Source: an uncultured virus (IMG/VR IMGVR_UViG_2667527431_000001) (Duplodnaviria > Heunggongvirae > Uroviricota > Caudoviricetes). Taken from it: 22,992 bases of DNA. Location: the IMG/VR virus record IMGVR_UViG_2667527431_000001, one strand, 5' to 3'. The notes below the pieces were generated by a model that had not been told where the DNA came from, made no database searches, and worked only from the letters and a program-made list of their open reading frames with translations. Below, one piece after another: positions 16,892 to 22,992 of the stretch (position 1 is the stretch's first letter; every line of letters begins with the position of its first letter). Both the position numbers and the translations under genes were made by a program.

Positions 16892-17161
16892 GTGGCTTGT
16901 AAGGGCCCAAAAAGCCGGTCTAGATTCTTAAGATCGAAACCGGCACCGTGCCGAGGCGAGCGATCCGTCGCTCACCTCTGGCGCAACAGCTGCCTGATCT
17001 GTGGTGGAGAAGGCAGCAACCCAAAGCTTCCGAGCCTTGGAAAGCGCGGTTAAGGGAGGCGGAATTGCATGTGGTGTGCCCGCCTACCTTGACCGCGACC
17101 CGGCGACACTGTGGTGGTGTGTGCTGGGAGGAAATGGGCGGCCTTATTGGTCGCCTTTTTT
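16892..17161 (+). ncRNA. Predicted multi-hairpin small RNA antisense to the cro-cII interval
   Basis: Back-to-back hairpins with UGUGGUG or UCCG loops, G-U pairs favouring the + strand, an extended -10 (TGgTACATT, 16877-16885) and a + strand terminator. The 5' end is uncertain and could be about 16858. Confidence 0.7.
17137..17161 (+). terminator. Intrinsic terminator on the + strand, with no + strand CDS upstream
   Basis: GGCGGCC-TTATT-GGTCGCC-TTTTTT. Confidence 0.8.
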
Positions 17162-17165
17162 CTAT

Positions 17166-17387
17166 CTAGGCCGCCTTGGTTTCCGTCACACCGAAGTGAT
17201 CAAGAACCTCAGCGAGCGATACACGACCTTCGCTTTGGCGGGTCAATGACTTGATCAGCGAAACGCTTGGGTCTTTGCTGGCGTACTTAACGTGCAAACG
17301 CAGGTAGTTGACCGCGATCTTGCAACGCCCGGCGTAAGCCTGCAGTGCGTCTGAATCTAAGCTGTCGATGTAGTCACGCAATTTCAT
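17166..17387 (-). CDS. cro: Cro-like HTH regulator
   Basis: ATG at 17387 with GGAGG RBS; 73 aa (MKLRDYI...YAGRCKIAVNYLR...PS); divergent from the repressor. Confidence 0.85.
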   Translation of the reverse strand: MKLRDYIDSLDSDALQAYAGRCKIAVNYLRLHVKYASKDPSVSLIKSLTRQSEGRVSLAEVLDHFGVTETKAA

Positions 17388-17409
17388 GTGGTGTACCTCC
17401 GGGTGACGC

Positions 17410-17481
17410 AATTTAACCACAAAGGTTAACTATTGCAATACCTCTAAGGACATTCACCCCATAGGTTAATCTGGGCACAAT
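17410..17481. promoter_or_regulatory. Immunity switch: PR-like and PRM-like promoters with 17-bp operators
   Basis: Minus strand TTGCAA-N17-TAAATT (17438-17410); plus strand TTCACC-N17-CACAAT (17453-17481). Operators TTAACC-N5-GGTTAA (17413-17429) and TTCACC-N5-GGTTAA (17453-17469). Confidence 0.75.
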
Positions 17482-17487
17482 CACTGC

Positions 17488-18135
17488 ATGAGAATTTCAG
17501 ATACTCGCCTGCACAATTTCCGCCAGATCCTGGCCGAAAAAAAACTACGCCTGATCGACATTGCCGAGCTGCTCGGCAAAGCGCCTGCGCAAGTGAGCGC
17601 TTTCGGCGGGAAGAACCCAACCAAAGGAATTGGCGATCAAATTGCGCGTGAAATTGAAAGAGCCCTCAGCCTGCCTAACGGCTCGCTCGACATCCCGCAT
17701 GGTTTTGCAAATTTCGATAACGGCTCTGTACTGGGCTACACCGGCAGGAAACTGCCTGTGATCGGCTCAATCGCTGCAGGCGCCTGGTGCAGTTCTGAAG
17801 AAAACTTTGATCCGCGCGATGCTGAAGAATGGATCGAAGCACCTGGACCGGTTGGGCCGCGTGCATTCATCCTTCGCGTTGAAGGCATCAGCATGGAGCC
17901 CAAGTTTATGGAAGGCGATAAGGTTGTTATCGATCCATCGCTTGACGCTTTCCCTGGCCACTTTGTGGCAGCCAAGCGCACACGCGACGAGGCTACAACG
18001 CTAAAGCAACTTAAACAGGAAGGGAGCGAGTTGTATCTGTACGCGCTCAACCCTGACTGGCCAGAGCGCATTATTCGGATGACTGAAGAGTGGAGCATTT
18101 GTGGGCGGGCTAGGTGGAAGATTTCAGATTTATAG
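17488..18135 (+). CDS. CI/PrtR-like repressor with S24 autopeptidase domain
   Basis: N-terminal HTH, AG cleavage site (IAAGAW), catalytic Ser (VEGISMEP) and Lys (TTLKQL), and ALNPDW. Confidence 0.95.
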   Translation: MRISDTRLHNFRQILAEKKLRLIDIAELLGKAPAQVSAFGGKNPTKGIGDQIAREIERALSLPNGSLDIPHGFANFDNGSVLGYTGRKLPVIGSIAAGAWCSSEENFDPRDAEEWIEAPGPVGPRAFILRVEGISMEPKFMEGDKVVIDPSLDAFPGHFVAAKRTRDEATTLKQLKQEGSELYLYALNPDWPERIIRMTEEWSICGRARWKISDL

Positions 18136-18143
18136 CGGGTATT

Positions 18144-19502
18144 TCAACTGTTATAAACATCATCCACAGGTGCAGGTGCAGGTGCAGGTGCAGGTGCAGG
18201 TGCAGGTGCAGGTGCAGCTTCGCTCTTATTAGAAGTATCTAACTCAGACATATTAATTTTAGATCCTAAATCTTTGGCCAAGTGTGACTTCAACATTTCT
18301 ATTTTCAATCTAGTTCTCAAATGAAACTTTTCAGCAGGATCTATCCCTAAATCTTCAGCAGTCGAAAAAACTGTATTCTTTGCCAAAATGAGCAATTTTG
18401 CCAAAGCAAGGCGTTCTTCCTGAATAGAAAAAATCTTGACCATGAAGGCATGAGCTATCCGCCAAGAATAGTAGATTGCCCCACCTACAACTGCTGCAAA
18501 GGGAAGGCGCAAAAAAAATGCAGCAACAACATCCGCAGCACTCACATAATGAGCAGATAGGAAATTCCCTGCACCATTAAATATCACTGCCACACCCAAC
18601 CCAATAACAAACGCAGGAACCACCATCAGCCGCAAATATACCGCTGCCTGCCCCTTCCCCTCTTTTATATAGTCAGAGAACTCATCTGAGATAAGACTTC
18701 TGTCGTTTACGAGTCCCGAAAGCTGTTGTTTAAGGTCGGCAACCCCATCATTTAAATTTTTAGTTTCTCTTGTTAGTTGTTGTAAATTATTTTGCTTTGC
18801 CTGTAGTTCAACAACTACGTTACTAAGACCTGCCTTCAAAGCCTCTGCATCGGACTCAAGTTCATTCAGGCTCTTTTTCCCTCTTTTAATTGCAACATCT
18901 AACTCCTCAGACTCCTTAGTCTGTTTTGAAATAACATCTACATATTCATCAATCTCTTCAGACAAGGTTTCATGCTTAACTTCTAGCGCAGCAACAGCCT
19001 CCTTCGACTCTTTAACATGTGTAGTAACTTTATAGGCGGCAGATGCAAACTCAACTAGCGTAGAGCGCATATCTTTTGGCCTAGTGAACTCAAAGCCATA
19101 AATAGTAATTGTCGACAACTTAGGCCTTGCAAGAACTCCTTTCGTACGAATAGAAAACTTTGAACAGAACTCATTCACTGATACCCAGCCACCTCTTGAG
19201 CCCACCTCTACAGTTAAAGCTTTTGACTTACCTTCTGAAGTATACAAACACAGTTCAATACTCTTATAAGCCTCACCAATAAAGTCTATTCGCCTGATAA
19301 ATACCGGGGTTGTCGTTTGGAAAACTCTTTCCCGCTTTTCTAAATCAATACTCTTTTTACCAGCCACCTGGGGAGACAACATAGGTGAAAAAAGAGGAGT
19401 AGTAGAGAAGCTCCTAGTTATGTTATCAACTGTAAATGATAACGCTTCAATATTCGAAACCAGCTCATCTAACTCAGTAGTAAATAACGTCATAGTACTC
19501 AC
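18144..19502 (-). CDS. AT-rich cargo gene: coiled-coil protein with two predicted TM helices, function unknown
   Basis: 452-aa ORF in markedly AT-richer DNA. It has a long heptad region, two hydrophobic segments (LMVVPAFVIGLGVAVIF; VVAAFFLRLPFAAVVGGAIYYSW) and an (AP)8 tail. The start could be GTG 19502 or ATG 19493. Confidence 0.85.
   Translation of the reverse strand: MSTMTLFTTELDELVSNIEALSFTVDNITRSFSTTPLFSPMLSPQVAGKKSIDLEKRERVFQTTTPVFIRRIDFIGEAYKSIELCLYTSEGKSKALTVEVGSRGGWVSVNEFCSKFSIRTKGVLARPKLSTITIYGFEFTRPKDMRSTLVEFASAAYKVTTHVKESKEAVAALEVKHETLSEEIDEYVDVISKQTKESEELDVAIKRGKKSLNELESDAEALKAGLSNVVVELQAKQNNLQQLTRETKNLNDGVADLKQQLSGLVNDRSLISDEFSDYIKEGKGQAAVYLRLMVVPAFVIGLGVAVIFNGAGNFLSAHYVSAADVVAAFFLRLPFAAVVGGAIYYSWRIAHAFMVKIFSIQEERLALAKLLILAKNTVFSTAEDLGIDPAEKFHLRTRLKIEMLKSHLAKDLGSKINMSELDTSNKSEAAPAPAPAPAPAPAPAPVDDVYNS
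18167..18217. repeat. Perfect hexanucleotide tandem repeat (CAGGTG)x8.5
   Basis: Read directly; encodes (Ala-Pro)8 on the minus strand. Confidence 0.95.
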
Positions 19503-19607
19503 GCTCTTATTTTGACATCACTATGACATCAACCGATTAATAAGGCCAAACCTTGATGCTCTATCCCGTTAGCGCCTGAACCAAAAAACCAAATAGAGCA
19601 TTTTTTC

Positions 19608-19635
19608 TTGTAAAATTAACCTTTCAGGTTATTAT
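19608..19635 (+). promoter_or_regulatory. PL-like early promoter with repressor operator
   Basis: TTGTAA-N16-TATTAT overlaps TTAACC-TTTCA-GGTTAT (19616-19632), which matches the operators at 17413 and 17453. Confidence 0.72.
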
Positions 19636-19670
19636 CGTCTCACTCTCCCACCACAGAGCGAGGCAACACC

Positions 19671-19850
19671 ATGCACACCACAGCAACCCTGCACGTCCAC
19701 CCAGCGTGCGCCAGTAACCGTCGACTGATCGAGCAGCTGCAAGCCACCACCGGCTGTCTAGTCATCCTTCACAACCACAAACCCCGACTGGTCCCGCACA
19801 GCAACAGCCCTGCCCCGTTCGATCCAAACAACGGAGGGCATGCAGCATGA
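19671..19850 (+). CDS. Small hypothetical phage protein (59 aa), not in the ORF track
   Basis: GAGG RBS; MHTTATLHVHPACASNRRLIEQLQATTG...GGHAA; the stop overlaps the next start (ATGA). Confidence 0.8.
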   Translation: MHTTATLHVHPACASNRRLIEQLQATTGCLVILHNHKPRLVPHSNSPAPFDPNNGGHAA

Positions 19851-20440
19851 ACCGGTTTTTTTTGGCTGATAAAACCCTTCGCCTGCTGGCTGCGCAGGTC
19901 AATTTGAACGGCACGTTTCGCCACTCGTGCAGCTTCAAAAATACCAACCTGCCGTTGATCTTCGTACTGCAGGTTGAGCGCGGCTCCTCTGGCACGCTTT
20001 TCACCATTGTTTCCGGCGAAGAGAAGCACAGCCTGACGGTTTACGACCCCGACAAAGACACACACCTGGTACTCGCTGACTTTATTGAGTCCATCGCCAA
20101 CGGCCGCATGGACACTGCCGAGCCAGCAACACCGCGCGTGCGTGCTGAATCTGTCGATCGCGGCCAGCTACTGGATGCCAATCAACAAGAGTTGCTGCAG
20201 AAACTGGTGCGCAAAGGTGGCTCGTTGTTACTCGATGTCGGTCTGGATGAAGCTGTCAGCTTGGCAGTGCATCGCACACAGAGCCGTAAAGGCATCACGG
20301 CGATACTGATCGCCGGCGACAGTTACCCGCGCACTCAGTGCTTTACCGCTTATGGCGACGACCAGCACAGCTTTAGCCGGCTGCTTCAGTCGCTCGATCA
20401 CTTAGTCGCGTCGGCGACTTCTACCGCGCTCGCAGCCTAG
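19847..20440 (+). CDS. Hypothetical phage protein
   Basis: 197-aa ORF, GGAGG RBS, translationally coupled to the previous gene. Confidence 0.8.
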   Translation: MNRFFLADKTLRLLAAQVNLNGTFRHSCSFKNTNLPLIFVLQVERGSSGTLFTIVSGEEKHSLTVYDPDKDTHLVLADFIESIANGRMDTAEPATPRVRAESVDRGQLLDANQQELLQKLVRKGGSLLLDVGLDEAVSLAVHRTQSRKGITAILIAGDSYPRTQCFTAYGDDQHSFSRLLQSLDHLVASATSTALAA

Positions 20441-20448
20441 GGGGTGTT

Positions 20449-20742
20449 ATGGAACGCACCCTCTCCAAAGCCGCTGCGTGCCTAGGCACTACCCGGCCAA
20501 AACTGATCAAGTTGATGCGCGAAAAAGGACTGCTCAACGAACGCAACCTGCCTGCCTTCCCGGTTAGGGACCGTGAGTATTTGCGGATAAAGGACAGCAA
20601 CTGGTTTCACGCCGAACTCGGCATGCAGTACAGCCAATCAACCCGGGTACGTCAGTCTGGCATCGCTTGGCTGGCCGAGCAGTTGGGCCTGACCCTTCCA
20701 GCAATTCCAGCAATTCCAGCTGATCACCGTGACGTGGCCTAG
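20449..20742 (+). CDS. Antirepressor KilAC (ANT) domain protein
   Basis: TLSKAA..LG..RPKL...MREKG.L....LP and TRV...GIAWL pattern. Confidence 0.8.
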   Translation: MERTLSKAAACLGTTRPKLIKLMREKGLLNERNLPAFPVRDREYLRIKDSNWFHAELGMQYSQSTRVRQSGIAWLAEQLGLTLPAIPAIPADHRDVA

Positions 20743-20908
20743 GGAATACGCTCGGCAGATCGTGGCCATGCCGACACGCGAGGAGCGCAACGCTGCGCTC
20801 CTTGAAGTGCCGGAGCATTTGCGCGAACTGACCAAGCGACACTGCCTGAATGCCTGGAACCACCCGGCCCGGCTCCAACCAAAACCGAGCACACCAGCCC
20901 ATGACTAA
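20729..20908 (+). CDS. Small hypothetical phage protein (59 aa), not in the ORF track
   Basis: GTG start; MTWPREYARQIVAMPTREERNAALLEVPEHLRELTKRHC...; fills the gap and overlaps both neighbours. Confidence 0.7.
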   Translation: MTWPREYARQIVAMPTREERNAALLEVPEHLRELTKRHCLNAWNHPARLQPKPSTPAHD

Positions 20909-21227
20909 TGCCAACCAAAGCCCTCTACGGCTGCTGCCAGCACCGGATGCGGACACCGTAGAGCTGCTGTACCGCAATTTTGGTGACGTGCTGATCCCCC
21001 TCGACAAGCTGCGCGTGCAGTACTTTCGCCACCTCAACGAGCAGTCTTTTGCGGCAGAGATCATCAGCGGCCGGATTCAAATACCCGTAATCACACTCGA
21101 CAGCAGCCGCAAGGCGCCGAAGTTCGCTCACATCCGCCACGTTGCCGCGCTGATTGATATTCGCGCCTACAAGGCTGACGAGGAGCTGGCCAGACCGCAA
21201 AGCGGCACACCGGATAAAGACGACTAG
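20901..21227 (+). CDS. prtN: Pyocin activator PrtN family protein
   Basis: TVELLYRNFGDVLIPLDKLRVQYFRHLN...GRIQIPVITLDSSRKA...HVAALID closely resembles P. aeruginosa PrtN (recalled). Confidence 0.88.
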   Translation: MTNANQSPLRLLPAPDADTVELLYRNFGDVLIPLDKLRVQYFRHLNEQSFAAEIISGRIQIPVITLDSSRKAPKFAHIRHVAALIDIRAYKADEELARPQSGTPDKDD

Positions 21228-21268
21228 CCAGCGCTGCCACCACCGGCGCCGCACCAGGAGCACACCAC

Positions 21269-21406
21269 ATGACCCCGACCCAGATCAGCGCACTGATCTT
21301 TTTGACATTGAGCGCGGCCTTGCTCTATTGGCTCGGCTACCGCAACGGCCTGGCCGATGGCCGCAAGCATCACCCTGAATACCGCACCCGGAGAAAAGCG
21401 GCATGA
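21269..21406 (+). CDS. Small single-TM protein (45 aa), not in the ORF track
   Basis: AGGAG RBS; MTPTQISALIFLTLSAALLYWLGYRNGLADGRK...AA; ATGA overlap with the next ORF. Confidence 0.75.
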   Translation: MTPTQISALIFLTLSAALLYWLGYRNGLADGRKHHPEYRTRRKAA

Positions 21407-21675
21407 CGCACTCACTGACCAACTGCCTACCCCTGCCCGCTTTGCTCCGCAACACCAGTGGGATCGATACGCCTGTAAAAAACAGTCTCTGCTGCGCAGC
21501 AGCAGGCATTACTAAAGCTTTTCGCGCCACTGCGGGGGTGCTTATACCCCACATAAAGCTGCGCGAGGCAGCGCGCATTGATGCCCCGCTAAGCGCTCAA
21601 AATCGCCCGCCCGCGCAGCTTGTGGTGGGGTATACGCACCCAGGCACCGCTATCAAAGGGGATGGCCATGCGTAA
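21403..21675 (+). CDS. Hypothetical phage protein
   Basis: GGAG RBS; coupled to both neighbours; no recognisable domain. Confidence 0.55.
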   Translation: MTHSLTNCLPLPALLRNTSGIDTPVKNSLCCAAAGITKAFRATAGVLIPHIKLREAARIDAPLSAQNRPPAQLVVGYTHPGTAIKGDGHA

Positions 21676-21880
21676 AGAGCTGATCAAAATTAGCGAATAC
21701 CAACGCCGCCGCTGGGGTGAGAACGGGACACCGCTCTGCTCGCAAGCCATACGCAATTACATCCGCAACGGAAAGCTGCCGGGCGAGCAGATAGGCTCGC
21801 TCTGGTATGTGGACTGGAACGCACTGAACATAGCTGAAGGCAACGACCTGGTCGCTATGGTGCTAAGAGGAGTTGCCTGA
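21668..21880 (+). CDS. Excisionase-like wHTH protein
   Basis: 70 aa, IRNYIRNGKLPGEQIGSLWYVD; the stop overlaps the integrase start (TGATG). Confidence 0.8.
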   Translation: MRKELIKISEYQRRRWGENGTPLCSQAIRNYIRNGKLPGEQIGSLWYVDWNALNIAEGNDLVAMVLRGVA

Positions 21881-22992
21881 TGGCTCCACGGCCACGCAAT
21901 AGTGCGAACAAGCACCTGCCGCAGAACCTGTACTTTGATCCACGCCGTTCGACCTACCGCTACCGTCGCCCCAGCGACGGTAAGTGGTTTCAATTCGGTA
22001 CCGATCGGATCAGGGCAATTGATGCCGCAAAACAGCTCAACCTGGCCTTCATGCAAGGCGCCGATCTGGTCCGCTCTGTCATGGGTAATCCATCAGGGTC
22101 CTTTGCAGGCTTTCTGGATAAATACGAAGCCGAGATCTTACCTCCCCGCGAACTGGCCAAGGGTACGCTCGGACTGTATGCCGTTCACTTCAGACGCTTC
22201 CGAAAGCATTTTGAGGGCAAAGCAGTCGATCAAATCACCATACGCATGGTTGCCGAGTTCCTGGACACACTGACCCCGAGGAGCGCCAATCAAAGCCGCG
22301 CTCTGTTGGTGGACATTTTCAATCATGCCGCGTCCAAAGGCTTATGCCCGGACAACCCGGCATCGAGCACCATTAACCGTATCGAGAAGAAGCAACGCAG
22401 ACGCCATACCGTGGAAGGTCTGAAGGCGATCAGGGAGGTGGCCCCACCCTGGCTGCGCAACGCCATCGACTTAGCGCTGATCACTGCTCAGCGGCGCTCA
22501 GACATTCTGGACATGCGCTTTGATGGAGTAAGGGATGGTTTCCTGTACCTGGTACAAAAGAAGACAGCCAAGGCCAGTGATACGGCGTGGATTCGATTTA
22601 AGGTAACTGATGAGTTGCAGGCCGTAATAACCCGTTGCCGAGATAGCGTCGCCTCACCCTTCTTGATTCATCGCAAGCCGCAACGATTGCTGCAGAAGCA
22701 GGCGCAGACCAAAGAGCACTGGACTAAGGTTGAGGATCGCTTTCTAACGCGCTCTTTTAAAGAAGCGCGGGAAATTGCCGGCTGCTATGCAGACTGGAAA
22801 GAAGAGGAAATGCCAGGCTTCCACGAAGTGCGTGCGCTGTCGCTGCACCTGTACAAAAGAGCCGGTAAAGATGGTCAATCCATTGCGGGCCATGCCAGCG
22901 AGACGATGACCAAGAACTACCAGAAAGACCACGCCGATGTGATCTGGTCGGATGCGATTCCAGACCTGAATATCAGCGAAATCACCGGTTAG
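21880..22992 (+). CDS. int: Tyrosine integrase (lambda-type with arm-binding N-terminus)
   Basis: LPQNLY arm domain; catalytic R (TAQRRSD), K (QKKT), HxxR (FHEVR), H (AGH) and Y (MTKNY). Confidence 0.96.
   Translation: MAPRPRNSANKHLPQNLYFDPRRSTYRYRRPSDGKWFQFGTDRIRAIDAAKQLNLAFMQGADLVRSVMGNPSGSFAGFLDKYEAEILPPRELAKGTLGLYAVHFRRFRKHFEGKAVDQITIRMVAEFLDTLTPRSANQSRALLVDIFNHAASKGLCPDNPASSTINRIEKKQRRRHTVEGLKAIREVAPPWLRNAIDLALITAQRRSDILDMRFDGVRDGFLYLVQKKTAKASDTAWIRFKVTDELQAVITRCRDSVASPFLIHRKPQRLLQKQAQTKEHWTKVEDRFLTRSFKEAREIAGCYADWKEEEMPGFHEVRALSLHLYKRAGKDGQSIAGHASETMTKNYQKDHADVIWSDAIPDLNISEITG

Larger units (their letters stand above)
1..22992. mobile_element. Temperate prophage (lambda-like cos head, P2-like contractile tail), partial
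   Basis: Continuous integrase, immunity, replication, packaging, head and baseplate modules with no obvious frameshifts. Both boundaries are outside the window. Confidence 0.97.

Noticed and set aside
16858..17128. CRISPR-like mini-array interpretation of the repeated TGTGGTG
   Set aside because: The repeat is only 7-8 nt, spacing is irregular, it sits in hairpin loops, and there are no cas genes.
16847..17249. Short + strand ORFs of 68-82 aa in the cro-cII gap
   Set aside because: No convincing RBS or protein-like features; the region is better explained by RNA structure. A small peptide is not strictly excluded.
19556..19606. ATGCTCTAT/ATAGAGCAT inverted repeat followed by Ts
   Set aside because: The 28-nt loop and AT-rich stem make it a poor terminator; no role can be supported.
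20696..20720. 9-bp tandem repeat TTCCAGCAA (about 2.8 copies, PAIPAIPA)
   Set aside because: Short in-frame slippage in a disordered tail with no evident function.
924..21627. Other CACCACA/TGTGGTG copies at 924, 10584, 11118, 14184 and 21621
   Set aside because: They are internal to coding sequences (His-His or Val-Val codons) and roughly in line with chance, so they were not counted as targets.
22900..22992. att site or tRNA next to the integrase
   Set aside because: The window ends at the integrase stop codon; no att core or tRNA is visible.

Overview
This window is the left part of an apparently intact temperate prophage of Pseudomonas type (host inferred from protein similarity), ending at the integrase stop codon. 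The att site and the distal tail/lysis genes lie outside the window. The minus strand carries, from right to left: cro, cII-like, TraR/DksA (PtrB-like) zinc finger, primase-VapE helicase, a PA0613-like late regulator, a repeat-rich origin-like region, late promoter, holin, a lambda-like cos site, lambda-type head genes and P2-type baseplate genes V/W/J/I plus the start of the tail fibre. The plus strand carries an S24 (CI/PrtR-like) repressor, then an early operon with antirepressor, PrtN-like activator, excisionase and tyrosine integrase. There are two cargo inserts: a lone sdhC with a divergent TetR regulator inside the tail operon, and an AT-rich coiled-coil/membrane gene in the immunity region. 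The most striking unannotated signal is a roughly 270-300 nt multi-hairpin + strand RNA between cro and cII. It repeatedly displays UGUGGUG loops, whose complement (CACCAC[A]) sits at translation-start or leader sites of several phage genes. All family assignments are from recognition of the sequence; no database searches were run.
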